From positions 124,001 through 188,000 of the forward strand of contig AP039700.1 of NCBI GenBank assembly GCA_051599415.1: DNA of 64,000 bases. The letters are read 5' to 3'. The notes under the pieces were generated by a model, which was not told the origin of the DNA, did not search any database, and saw only the letters and a list, made by a program, of their open reading frames with translations. Origin of the DNA: Savitreella phatthalungensis (lineage: Eukaryota). Positions 46,851 to 57,885 of this stretch are shown in pieces (the first letter of the stretch is position 1; every line of letters starts with the position of its first letter). The position numbers and the translations under genes are program-made.

Positions 46851-48011
46851 GTGTGATGCTCTATTAGGGTCAGCCTTGCTTGCGTCAGACCAGGCCGAGC
46901 GCATCAGACCAACTCGACTGGCCGAGTAGCGTCAGAGTGTTTGTGCGACGTTGCGGAATTCTTGTCCACCGAAGTGACTTACCAGGTATGCTCGTAGCGC
47001 GCTGCCCTATCGTGCTCGTGTTGCAGACCTGGTCACGCGTGAGACAAGTTGACCGAGGACTTTGCACGTGGGTGTCTGTATGATGCTTTCTCGGCGTCAA
47101 TCGGATGATCCTGGTGATCGCACTCTGATTCTGATACACGAAGCTGGACGGCAGGAGTTTGTATGTCTCCTGAAAGGACTCTGAACAAGCGTAGAGCTTG
47201 AGCACGCTGGTGAAACGGGTTGAACAGATACTGTGCAGTTGTGATGATGCCTTGTATTGTACGCTTTGTTCATGTATTAGATTATACGTGACAATCTACA
47301 CGACCTTTGATACTATCTAGTATTGGCTGATGTAGATGGCTCTGGCTCGCTTTGTGAGCTTGATGTTTACGGGGCCTGGCTAAGGTTTTTGAGCAAGCAG
47401 CCACTGTTCAGAAGAGCAATTGGATCATTGCATTAAATCTCGTTCCGGTCTGATAAGTGACAGGCAGTATACTGCATGTAGTCTACAGTGTCAGCACTAG
47501 ATCAATTATATAGCACACGCAGATTGGCAGCACTCAAAACAGCTCTGCGTGATACAGCGCTTTGTGAGCTACATAAAGAGTTAGAAGAGTTCGGAATAGT
47601 ATTGAAAATGAGCCGTGCCATGTCCAAATTAGGAATACAACATATTGACACAACAACCAGAAATATGCCACAGAAATACACAAATCAATTCACCATGCAG
47701 ATCAGTCGGACTGTGGCGTCTTGCAAAGCAAAAGACCCGGGACTCTTGACTGGTGCTCAAGCTAAGGGTTTAAAGCTCCCAGTAATATTGTCCTTGAATC
47801 ATTTTGACCAGAGGAACACGTGCACTAGCCTGGCAGATGGAGTTCGAGTCCGTCACTCTTGACACGTGAAAACAGTGACATGTGAAGAAATAGGACAGAT
47901 GCACACAACGCGTCTTCACGCACCCCGTGGTTGTCCTTAATCAGCTCGTTGTCTTTCCAACTCGAGCGTCGTGGTAGAGTATGTGAAAGCTAGGAGATCA
48001 AAGACTACTCA

Positions 48012-50921
48012 ATGAGTTTCTCTGCGCCAGCTGATCAGGCAACGTGGTTGCCTTCGCAGGTCGCAGAGCCGTTACACAATGACGAACAAGACGTAGACTA
48101 TGCAGGTGCAGCACGCCTCGACGACCCCGATCTATGGTCCGACGATGAGGGTGCAGATGCTTCTGGACCGATGCTGTACGGGAGTACCGAGGAGAATCCC
48201 TTGCGACAGCTACGTGCTGACCTGGAGGCTGCTGCTCCATTTCGCGGACGAAGCAGGCGACAGAAGATCAGGAAGCCTCGTATCGATGCACAAACACAAG
48301 CAGGCTTTCACGAAAGCGTTCAGCTCGGCCAAGCGAACACAGCACTCGGAGAAGGTGACCTTACCACAGCCAAAGAGCTCGTCGAAGGTATCATTGGCAA
48401 CAACCCGAAAGTGTTCGACGCATGGCTCGTTCTAGCGAATGTGTATGAGTTGCAGGAAGACTTCAGCCGCGCGTATACAGCATGGCTGTTCGCTGCTGGT
48501 CTAAGAGAGCGTAGTTCGGCAGTATGGCAGTCTGCTGCGAGATCTGCAATGCGGGCAGAGATGTTCGAAGAAGCTGACCATGCATACGATCGTGCCATTA
48601 AGACAGCCAGTGACGGCGATGTCGAGGGCCTGTGCGATGAGCGGATCGAGCTTCTACGCAGCTACGACTCAACTCCGAAGACGAGAATTGAATGCTACAA
48701 GGCCATGCTGCGACGAAATCCTCACGACATGAGGTATGTGCGACCGCTCGCAGAGGTTTATAATACAACGGCCAAGCCTGTTCAAGCAATCGAGCTTTTT
48801 GACGAGGCCGCTGACTTCTGGATTGCATCATCGGATCCGCGTGCACGCGAGATATTTGGCTTCAATCAGCTCAACATCCTCGCCGAGCTTTACATGACAG
48901 CTGCCGATGGTAATCGGCGACCATTCCTTTGGCCTAAGCTTGTGACTCGGATTCGCACGATCTCGAGATGGATCAACTTCCGCGAGGCAGAGACCTTTTG
49001 GGACGCAAAACCACTGGATGATCGCGAGTTTGACGAAGACGACGAAAGACGATCGGAGCTGCCACAATATCATGCTGATGCAGAGCGAGTCTGGCAGTAC
49101 GATCTTCCAATTGAGCTTCGACTGAGGCTTGCACGCGCGCGCATGACAATGGGTCACACCGACGAAGCCCTGCGCCACTTTGGATGTCTTTTGTCGCAGG
49201 AAGAGCCAAGCTTCGACACTGCGGATTTATTCCAGGATGCTGGCTATTTCCTCATGGACCGCGGGATGTATACACAGGCTATTGATTATCTCCAGCCTTT
49301 GCTCGACGTTGACCAGGTTGGCGACCCTGATCTATGGTCAAGGGCGGCTCGCTGTTACATCGAGGTCGATGAACTCGACGCCGCTGAGCAGTGTCTTATG
49401 GCTGTTTTGCAGGTCGATGCGACCGATCGCGACGCCACATTGCGCCTGGCTGAGGTGTATCAGCGGCAGAACAGAAGGGATCAAGCTCTTGAGCTCATCA
49501 CCCAGCTCATGCAGCAGCCGGCGGAAGACATGGTAACCGATGTGCAGCAGCCAGTGGCGCCACAACAAGACACAACTCGCACAGGAACGCGGCGTCCAAA
49601 GGGCACAGGGAAGGCAAAGCGTCGAACAGCTGCAGAGGAGCGTCGTTTGACGGCCCAGCGGCAGCGAGAAAGTCTGCTAAATGCTAGCTCGACTGAACGC
49701 GGACTTCAAGAAGACCAGAAAGCAGAGGCTACTGATGCAGCGTTTCGAACGCTTGCCCTCCTTCGCGAAGACATGCTATCCGGCGACGAAGATGCTCTCA
49801 ACACGTGGTCATCCACTGTTCTTGAGCTGTCTGACGACTTTCGGGCGATTCGCACACTTTACCCGTACGATAAGCGGCAGATCTTCTGCGGCATTGAGGA
49901 CGGACTGGAAGAATCGGAAACGAAGAAGCGTCGGGCAGCCGAGCCTCCGATCGAGGCTGATTCATTACGCGGCCAAAGTGTCGACGCTTGGTTACGACTA
50001 TTCGTGCAAGGTGCAGCATGTCTTGTCGTTCAAGGTAACAGCACTGATGCTTTCGAGGTATTGGGTACGGCAATGGCAGCAAACGTCTTCTACCAGCATC
50101 GCGATCGAATGTGGGCTCTACAGAAGGCCAAGTTGCTCTTGGCTATCAAGGCAGGTGCTGCGAAAGTTGCTCAGGAAGTGCTGCGTACCATTTTGACAGA
50201 TCGACCACTGCACAGAGATCTGATGAGGCTATACTGTGCCATTGCTCCGGGCGGCCTTGATTCCCAGGACGCTTATGACGACGACAACTTCCAGAAATTC
50301 ATGCTTCGAATGATCAAGGCTCTGGACCTGATGACAGGTCTTGCCGGCGGCGCCGGCGAAACCCACCGTATTCGCGCTGGCAAAGACTTCGAAGGTAATT
50401 TCAGAGCCAACCGTCCAACTGAACACGGAATTGCAAGCACCTTCATGCTCTACGGTATGCTGGTCGCGGCTGGAAGGAGCTATGTGCCTCTGCTACACTA
50501 CCTCGCTCGGTCACAAGCACGATGTCCAGCGGCATCAAAGGAAGATCCGATGCAACATCTACTGATCGCACTGACGTACTTGCACAGGGCGATGCAAAGA
50601 CAAGTCGACAACCGCCACCTGCAGGTGATTCAAGCACTGAGCTTCTTCAAGCCATATCAGCGACTCCGCTACGCCACAGGCGATCATGGCCTGATGCAAG
50701 AAGCAGACTACAATATGGGCCGGGCAATGCAGCATCTCGGCCTCAACCACCTCGCGCTGCCGTTCTACGACAAGGTGTTAGCACACCACCACACAGGACA
50801 AATTGACCCGAAACACGATCTTGCTCCGTCTGCTGCCTATAATATGCATCTAATCCACAGCCTAGGGGGAGCAACTAGCAAAGCACGAGAGCTGTTGCAC
50901 AGATATGTGACGGTCGTATGA
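48012..50921 (+). CDS. TFC4: TFIIIC TPR subunit Tfc4/Sfc4 (tau131)
   Basis: TPR arrays, FGFNQLNILAELY, RWINFREAETFWD, LPIELRLRL, YLHRAMQRQVDNRHLQVIQAL, QEADYNMGRAMQHLGLNHLA..Y, AAYN. Confidence 0.93.
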   Translation: MSFSAPADQATWLPSQVAEPLHNDEQDVDYAGAARLDDPDLWSDDEGADASGPMLYGSTEENPLRQLRADLEAAAPFRGRSRRQKIRKPRIDAQTQAGFHESVQLGQANTALGEGDLTTAKELVEGIIGNNPKVFDAWLVLANVYELQEDFSRAYTAWLFAAGLRERSSAVWQSAARSAMRAEMFEEADHAYDRAIKTASDGDVEGLCDERIELLRSYDSTPKTRIECYKAMLRRNPHDMRYVRPLAEVYNTTAKPVQAIELFDEAADFWIASSDPRAREIFGFNQLNILAELYMTAADGNRRPFLWPKLVTRIRTISRWINFREAETFWDAKPLDDREFDEDDERRSELPQYHADAERVWQYDLPIELRLRLARARMTMGHTDEALRHFGCLLSQEEPSFDTADLFQDAGYFLMDRGMYTQAIDYLQPLLDVDQVGDPDLWSRAARCYIEVDELDAAEQCLMAVLQVDATDRDATLRLAEVYQRQNRRDQALELITQLMQQPAEDMVTDVQQPVAPQQDTTRTGTRRPKGTGKAKRRTAAEERRLTAQRQRESLLNASSTERGLQEDQKAEATDAAFRTLALLREDMLSGDEDALNTWSSTVLELSDDFRAIRTLYPYDKRQIFCGIEDGLEESETKKRRAAEPPIEADSLRGQSVDAWLRLFVQGAACLVVQGNSTDAFEVLGTAMAANVFYQHRDRMWALQKAKLLLAIKAGAAKVAQEVLRTILTDRPLHRDLMRLYCAIAPGGLDSQDAYDDDNFQKFMLRMIKALDLMTGLAGGAGETHRIRAGKDFEGNFRANRPTEHGIASTFMLYGMLVAAGRSYVPLLHYLARSQARCPAASKEDPMQHLLIALTYLHRAMQRQVDNRHLQVIQALSFFKPYQRLRYATGDHGLMQEADYNMGRAMQHLGLNHLALPFYDKVLAHHHTGQIDPKHDLAPSAAYNMHLIHSLGGATSKARELLHRYVTVV

Positions 50922-50958
50922 TGATGCCTAGGCAACCCGAGACGATATCTGAAATGAT

Positions 50959-51012
50959 CACAGACTTAATGATGAACACAGACTTGATGATGAACACAGC
51001 TTTAATGAATGA
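50959..51012. repeat. Degenerate 18-nt tandem repeat, three copies
   Basis: cacagacttaatgatgaa / cacagacttgatgatgaa / cacagctttaatgaatga, just after the TFC4 stop codon. Confidence 0.8.
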
Positions 51013-51814
51013 TGCATTATTCTAGGCCTTGGCCAGGACTCTGCAGACGCGTCTCTTTTGGAGAGAAAGACGCGTGCATGTTCAGTGGTTCATCTAGCCT
51101 TTGTCAAAGTAACCTCCGCCGGACGGTTTTTGCGTATTTCGCGTGACGATGGAGCTCAGCTTCGTTTTATCGCTGGTGAAAGCCAAGAGCTCCTCATCAG
51201 CCAGCACTAAGGACTCTTATACCTCACCCAATTGACCCCAACAGTTTTGAGGAGAAGTCTGAGTATCAGATCCAGCTGGAAAAAGTACCGGCAGTGGTGA
51301 GATGGTCGATTGAGCAATCGACTAAGGGAAAATCATGGACCATAGAAAGTTAATTGACATGAATCAATATACTGTATAGGAATTTTACATGCAGTCCAGG
51401 ATTCAGGATTTAGTCCGTCGTTCGCTCACCTGCACAGGTATCTATTTCAGGCCAAACAGGATCCTGACAGGCAAAATACACACTCACGGGCTAGTCTAGC
51501 TACATGGGAAAAGTTTAAAAGAAATTGATGGCTGCGTAGATTGGATGGGGTATTGCCGGCAACAGTCACCTATTTAATTCAATTGATGTATGTACACTCT
51601 GTATAATTTACATATGGCAAGTATATAATTTCTCAATCGCTGAGCTATTGAAGCTGTAGAAATCCTAAACTAATTTCTCCTCTTCCTTTGACCCCGAATT
51701 AGAAATCATTCAGAGCGGAAAGCATCGTACAGAATCCATCATTATCCATCATTATTGGACCATTCGCAAACGAACACGATCCGCGTACTACAGTGCAAAC
51801 AAAGGTCAGCAAGC

Positions 51815-52140
51815 TCACTCACTCACTCACACAGGCAGGCAGGCAAGCAAGCAAGCCAGTCAAGCAAGCAAGAAATTCATTGCCAGCAAGCTCTGCCAGC
51901 TTGGACACCCACAACCATACACACGCACACGCACACGCACACGCACACGCGCACACACACACACGCCTAGGTTCACTCACTCACTCACCTGCTCACTCAC
52001 ACGCACGCACGATCGGACCAAACCACCGACCAGACCGAGTACTGTCACTCAGTCACCTCAGTCCTCTCACTCACTCACTCTAGCAGCCAGTCAATCAGTC
52101 AGTCAGTCAGGCAAGCTAGCAAGCAAGCGAGCAAGCAAGC
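51815..52140. repeat. Compound microsatellite cluster: (ACTC)n, (GGCA)n, (GCAA)n, (CACACG)n, (AGTC)n
   Basis: Directly visible runs, for example acacgcacacgcacacgcac at 51921-51950 and several ctcactcactcac runs. Confidence 0.9.
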
Positions 52141-53001
52141 ACGTATCCACCAACAACATACGCAAACCTTCTCTCTCCCTCACCTGTGACACCATCACTC
52201 ACTCAACCACGACCATTCCCGATACTATCCCCTCACCGGCTTACCTCCACACGTACCTGCCGAAGCCCAGCAGTCTTAGGCCCGAGCACGAGTATTCAAT
52301 TTGACTTTACTTCTCAAAAGAGTTTCGCTCGATCGCATCTACTCCACTACACAACTCTTCACTCACTCCTGCACCTCCTTTCATTGAACGAGAGAGCGTG
52401 TACAAGAGTCGCGAGCGTGACTAGCAAGAAAGAACAACAGACCAACCTAGTCGCGTTATTGTGACCCTGTCTGTTCCTTCACGCTTCCACTCCCCTCCGG
52501 CCCTTGCCCTTCGCTTCTCTTTTTCACCCCTGATTATCCCGGTCTATACAGCTCATCGTTCACGCACTATTTGTGTTGGACAGACGAAGCACAACACCAA
52601 CACCGCTCAAAAACAGTCACAACAGTAAACCACTGTTGATAGGCTCGTCGACGAACGCACACGTTCAGCCTCGAGTTCCTCGTCTAACAGCGTCGACACA
52701 CCAGCAGGTCACCTCACAGATCATCAAGCGCGACTTGGTCTAATTTGGAACTACAGACTCTTGTCGCACTGCCAAAGAAAAGCCTCCTCATTTCACTTGG
52801 ACCTGACTCTGAAAAGACCACGGTTCTTCGACGAAAGACAGAATACATATATCACTGTTGAAGATCGACTGAAATACGACCGAGCTACGACCACGACGAC
52901 AACTGCTATCACAGAACTTTGACGATTTTCGCTCGCGACTCCTCCTCTGTCCACATTAGATCTTCATACACGCACGCCCTCCCAGCTCATACTTGATCAC
53001 A

Positions 53002-53934
53002 ATGGAAGGCACAACGGAAATCGATATTGATCAGGTGATTGCGCGACTACTCGACGTCCGTGGCTCACGGCCAGGCAAGCAGGTCGTTCTCCAGGAGTTT
53101 GAGATCAAGCACCTGTGTACAAAGGCTCGCGAGATCTTCATCAACCAGCCGATTCTGCTCGAGCTGGAAGCCCCGATCAAGATCTGCGGCGATATTCATG
53201 GACAGTATTATGATCTGTTGCGGCTGTTTGAATATGGAGGCTTCCCTCCAGAGGCTAATTACCTGTTCCTAGGTGACTACGTCGACCGAGGCAAGCAATC
53301 GCTAGAGACCATCTGCTTGTTGCTCGCCTACAAAATCAAGTATCCCGAGAACTTCTTCATCCTCCGCGGCAACCACGAGTGTGCCTCCATCAACCGTATC
53401 TACGGCTTCTACGACGAGTGCAAACGCCGGTACAACATCAAGCTGTGGAAGACATTCACGGATTGCTTCAACTGTCTGCCCATCGCTGCTATCATTGACG
53501 AGAAAATTTTCACCATGCATGGCGGTCTATCACCAGATCTGAACTCAATGGAACAGATCCGTCGCGTCATGCGTCCTACAGACGTGCCAGACACAGGTCT
53601 GCTGTGTGACCTGTTGTGGTCTGATCCAGACAAAGATATCACAGGCTGGAGCGAAAACGATCGTGGTGTCTCATTCACCTTCGGTCCAGACGTGGTCTCG
53701 CGATTCCTGCAAAAGCACGACATGGATCTGATTTGCCGTGCTCACCAGGTAGTCGAGGACGGCTACGAGTTCTTCTCAAAACGACAGCTAGTCACGCTCT
53801 TTTCCGCACCAAACTACTGTGGTGAGTTCGACAACGCAGGTGCAATGATGTCAGTCGACGAATCTCTACTCTGCTCCTTCCAGATCCTGAAGCCTGCAGA
53901 AAAGAAGCAGAAGTATCAGTATGGCGCTCGCTGA
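53002..53934 (+). CDS. GLC7: Protein phosphatase 1 catalytic subunit (Glc7/Dis2 family), intronless
   Basis: [65 protein letters not shown] at 53002. Confidence 0.98.
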   Translation: MEGTTEIDIDQVIARLLDVRGSRPGKQVVLQEFEIKHLCTKAREIFINQPILLELEAPIKICGDIHGQYYDLLRLFEYGGFPPEANYLFLGDYVDRGKQSLETICLLLAYKIKYPENFFILRGNHECASINRIYGFYDECKRRYNIKLWKTFTDCFNCLPIAAIIDEKIFTMHGGLSPDLNSMEQIRRVMRPTDVPDTGLLCDLLWSDPDKDITGWSENDRGVSFTFGPDVVSRFLQKHDMDLICRAHQVVEDGYEFFSKRQLVTLFSAPNYCGEFDNAGAMMSVDESLLCSFQILKPAEKKQKYQYGAR

Positions 53935-54501
53935 GCGAGCACACAAGCCGGACAGCCAGCTTGAGCATTGCTTCCTGAGGCGCAATTCCGGTTGACGTGG
54001 ACGACGAGCGTAATCATTCTTCAGAGGACTGTAACTGCAGAAAGAACCTGAGCTTGTTCTGGAATTCGAAGGTGTTCGCCATGGGTAAGCATCGGCCGCT
54101 ATAATCTCTCCTTACTCAACTACTCATCCATGGCGGATCGTTTTCTCTACTACAACTTCATCAGCTCGCTGATGCAAATATTCATTCTGCCGTTTTGACC
54201 TCCGATCGACATCAACCACCGACACCGCTTCAGACTTCCATGCACTCGCACAGACATTCAAACCCATGCCACCCCACCTCTTCCCTCATTTTCAGCCAAC
54301 CACTTCATACACTTTCACAAGCAGCGCGACCCGATAACTATGCTCAAGCACACACATTCACCTACACTCTTACACATCCCATTCCCAGGTAAAACACAAT
54401 CGATGCATTGCCTTGACTTGACATGACTTCGAATCGACTTGATACAACCTTATCACGTCCCGTGACTTAGTGACTATCACAATTCCTCGAGAGTTGTACG
54501 A

Positions 54502-55381
54502 TCACTCGCAATCCTTACACTCAGACTCAGCCTTGCTTCCCACGGGTCTAGCCTCCTGCTTGATTTCTGCTGTCGACTTGCGCGGCTTCCCTGTGAGATT
54601 AGGTTCGTCGATTCTCGTCACCGGTCCATCAGGCAGATCTTCAGCCTCCCTCACAGCGTCTCTGGTCGTCGTGTTATCTGCGGGCTTCTCGTCCAGCGTG
54701 TTCACCGGACCATCTACACCCTTCTCCTCGTGACCTTTGACCGCGCGCTTCTCCCTCCCGAAATCGAGCTTGTCCTCACCACTCATCGTCGTCGTCGTAG
54801 CTCGCTCTGTCTTCCTGTCTGCGTGTCCTAGTGATCTATCAGGTGAGATCACGTCGCGAACAAGCTGTTTCAACTCTTTCGCTTCTAAAATTTCCCAAAC
54901 ACCAGTCAGTTTTTCCACCTCTCATCGTATTTTGACGTCATTTCCCCCCTCTCAATTGCCGCACAACCACAGATGCACCAAGTACACCCCTCACGAAAGG
55001 ATGACAGTCAAATCACTCGCCCTTTCAACTTACCAGGAAACCCACCACGCTCTTTACGATCCCACAACTTCCACTCGTCCACGCCATCGACCGACGCTTC
55101 TGGGCGTCTTGTAGCTGTGGTGTCGGCGCCCGCCTGCGTGTAGAGTGTGACGATGAAGGTGCCGCCGGTGGCCGGCTGCAGTGCGACTTCAGCGAGCGTG
55201 TCCCCAAACGTCGTCAGGAGTTCCTGTGTATACCTATCACGTCAGCACGTACCCGCGTTTGGACGAAAGCCCAGCCGTACCATGCTCCACGCAGAAGCCA
55301 CCGGCACCCCGTGCAGTACGCAATCGTCACCCGAGGTAGTCTAACACCGTTCGCAAGACCGGTCTCCTGTGTGTGGGTCAT
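54502..55381 (-). CDS. Rdx family (SelT/SelW-like) CxxC protein; exons 55381-55281, 55233-55034, 54884-54502
   Basis: Spliced product PRVTIAYCTGCRWLLRGAW/YTQELLTTFGDTLAEVALQPATGGTFIV...LWDRKERGGFP/EAKELKQLVRDVISPDRSLGHADRK...ECKDCE. Introns of 47 nt (GTACGG..CTGAC..TAG) and 149 nt (GTAAGT..CTGAC..TAG). Confidence 0.92.
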
Positions 55382-55617
55382 CGTGATTGTGCAACTTCCT
55401 CGGCCAACCATATGGCCGCGATTGAGAAGTACGCCGTAAGCGTGTCAGGTTGCGTGACCGCACTGTGTGGTGTCCCGCGTGTACAGATTATGCGGTGTGG
55501 AGCCGGGTAATCTCATCTGCTAGATTGCTCGACGCTAGATCGCTAGGACGTATCCACTGACTTGTGTGCTAGATATCACGGTTGGTCTCCCTGTAGTTCG
55601 AGTTGAGCGTACTCCTG

Positions 55618-56673
55618 ATGGTTATGCGCGTTGACTGCGTCGGTCGATCATGCGCATTTAGGCTGCGTCGGCAGTCGGGGTGGCCGTGCCTGGGTTACGG
55701 GGGCCGCCACTATACTACACCTTCGAGTTCTGTGAGCAGGTCAACGCTGACACGGCAGGAGGAAGCTGTGTTTGATTGGTTGTTTAGATCGCTCTTGCAG
55801 CAGCAGCCGACCTATCGACCTGTGATCCCACCGCTCAAGCGACCTGCACAAGATCGGCCGCTCCCGCTGGATATCGCAGCGATTGCCGATCGCGCTGCCA
55901 CCCTGACCCACGATACCTCCACCACACAGCAACAACAACTTACAAGACACAAGGGCAAGCCGATCTTGCCAGCTGAAGAATCACGAATTCGAGCAACGAC
56001 GACATTTGAGCGATTGCGCGAACGCTTGAGCTACAGTGTTAGGGTATCTGATGGTGTTTTGGTTGGATGGGTGCGCGAGACTGTGCTTGGTCCTATGTTT
56101 GGTGGGAATGGGTATATGGAGGGGGATGAGGTTGGGGAATGCTTGCCTTACTTGTTCTCTGATGCGCTGAGGATCTTGTCAATCCCGCGGACGCGGAGTG
56201 GCGGCAGTAGCGGATTCGATGACCCGCTCGCTGCACTAGCACTCTACGACACCCTTCACCCACCCTCGACACCGTCAGAAGGACTGATAGCCCCACGTCC
56301 AGGCGACTTCAGACCGCTGGCGACGATGGTGACACCTGCGCTCCTGGCCACGTTGCTGTATGCGCGCACTCGGGTGGTTTCTGGGTTTGGTGAGTTGGGT
56401 GCTTTGGCTAGAACGCTTGAGGATGTTCGGACGTTTGGGTGGTTTCCACTGCCTCGGTCGTCCGAGTTTTCATGCCTCGCTTGGGAGATTCTGGATGCCG
56501 CGGACGACAAATCTAGAGACCCTCACAAGTCCCCGAGTATCACACGCCTCGACCAACTCGTTCGCACAGCATCACCATCCGATGCCCTCGCGACTGCACC
56601 CACACCACACAGCCGCCTGACGAAGCTGCTGTCGATGATGCACGCCGCTGCTGAAAGCCGACAGTCCACGTAG
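55618..56673 (+). CDS. Hypothetical mitochondrial protein, Mtf2-like
   Basis: Arg-rich presequence. EEAVFDWLF, DGVLVGWVRETVL, LPYLFSDALRIL and FDDPLAALALYD resemble the Mtf2 C-terminal domain pattern. Confidence 0.55.
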   Translation: MVMRVDCVGRSCAFRLRRQSGWPCLGYGGRHYTTPSSSVSRSTLTRQEEAVFDWLFRSLLQQQPTYRPVIPPLKRPAQDRPLPLDIAAIADRAATLTHDTSTTQQQQLTRHKGKPILPAEESRIRATTTFERLRERLSYSVRVSDGVLVGWVRETVLGPMFGGNGYMEGDEVGECLPYLFSDALRILSIPRTRSGGSSGFDDPLAALALYDTLHPPSTPSEGLIAPRPGDFRPLATMVTPALLATLLYARTRVVSGFGELGALARTLEDVRTFGWFPLPRSSEFSCLAWEILDAADDKSRDPHKSPSITRLDQLVRTASPSDALATAPTPHSRLTKLLSMMHAAAESRQST

Positions 56674-56718
56674 CCTGCTATAGCGTGAATGACGATGACG
56701 ATTCCAGATGGCTCCGCC

Positions 56719-57885
56719 TCACTCGCCGTCCTTTTCCGTGCTTGGTTTCGCTGTGTTGGTCGCGGGAGGCGGTGCTGTCGATGCTGCTCTGGAGGACACG
56801 TTTTCTTCCGTGACTGCCTCGGCGAGCATCGCATCGATATCTGCTTCGGAGAGCCCAGGTCGTTTGGCATTGGTGCCGCCGGCGGCGGAATCTGTCGGCT
56901 GCGTGGTAGGTCGCATGTCCTTGCGCCTGGTGTTGCCACCACGGCGAGTTGGAGGAGCCATATCGGCGATCGTTTGGAAGCCGCCGATGTCGCCCCCGTC
57001 CGCGTTACGCTTCCCTCCGGCAGATGGCTCAGCCGATGTGTTGGCGGGAGCAGGTGTGCCACCTGGTGCGCGCGAAACCTCGATCGAGTCTGGCCTGCGG
57101 AAGAGATCCTCACCTTCGTCTGCAGGTCTGCCGTGAAGTGGTCTCGGGAGTCTGTGGAGAACACCCGTACCAAGTCCGAAGCCGACGATGCCCTTTCCGC
57201 CCCACGTCCTGGATGGCGTGAGTGGGACAAGCCTGAGGATATCTGTGTACCTGTTCCAGACCAGGAGTTCTGCTGGTCTAGGTGGATCGTCTGGTGTGCC
57301 GTTGCCGAGGTGGTCCTCGAGGTATTCTGCGAGCGCTGACTCGCCACGCAAAAGCCCCAGCGGTGTCCCGACAATGTAGTCCTCCTCTTCCAACAGGCCT
57401 GCCTGCCACGCTGGCGAGTTGCCGGCCGTCACACTCGTCACGTGGAACACATGATCGATCGCTGGACCTGTGGGACTCCAACGTAGTGTGGCACCGATTG
57501 GAGAGCTTGTTAGAGCACCAGGAGGTACACGCACCTGCCGCCATGTGTTTCCCTTGAGCGAGAAAACGCGGAGTGTAATGACGTCGCTCGCGCCTTGCGA
57601 GATGTATGCCTGTAGCCACGAAGCATCGTTCGTCAGCTCTACACCATCGCAGTGCGTGATGTAGTCGAATAGCGGTTCTAAGCCGGCCTTGGCAGCCGCA
57701 CACTCATTTTTTGGACTGTGCTCGGGAGTGTGAGGGTAGTTGACGGGGTATGCTGGCTGGGATAGTTTTAGGACGCGGTAGCCATGGGAGGGAGGTGGGA
57801 TACTGGACGAGCTGGAACTGGTACCGGCTGGCGGTGGAGCCACAGCCTCGACGACTTTATTGAAGAATGATCCCCAGCCAGACAT
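56719..57885 (-). CDS. GRH1: GRASP55/65 homologue (tandem PDZ-like domains)
   Basis: Amphipathic N-terminus, HGYRVLK, AAAKAGLEPLFDYI, VFSLKGNTWR, HVFHV..NSPAWQAGL..DYIVGT, TPSRTWGGKGIVGFGLGTGVLHRLP. Confidence 0.93.
   Translation of the reverse strand: MSGWGSFFNKVVEAVAPPPAGTSSSSSSIPPPSHGYRVLKLSQPAYPVNYPHTPEHSPKNECAAAKAGLEPLFDYITHCDGVELTNDASWLQAYISQGASDVITLRVFSLKGNTWRQVRVPPGALTSSPIGATLRWSPTGPAIDHVFHVTSVTAGNSPAWQAGLLEEEDYIVGTPLGLLRGESALAEYLEDHLGNGTPDDPPRPAELLVWNRYTDILRLVPLTPSRTWGGKGIVGFGLGTGVLHRLPRPLHGRPADEGEDLFRRPDSIEVSRAPGGTPAPANTSAEPSAGGKRNADGGDIGGFQTIADMAPPTRRGGNTRRKDMRPTTQPTDSAAGGTNAKRPGLSEADIDAMLAEAVTEENVSSRAASTAPPPATNTAKPSTEKDGE

Noticed and set aside
47825..47860. GTTCGAGTCC, resembling a tRNA T-loop or B-box
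   Set aside because: No complete T-stem, D-arm or acceptor stem can be built.
50918..51012. ATGATGA box C-like motifs after TFC4
   Set aside because: The nearest CTGA is only about 25 nt after the first motif, and the other copies come from a tandem repeat. No snoRNA-sized C/D unit is formed.
51755..52083. His/Thr/Ala-repeat ORFs here and at 59019-59378
   Set aside because: Translations of microsatellites without ATG starts.
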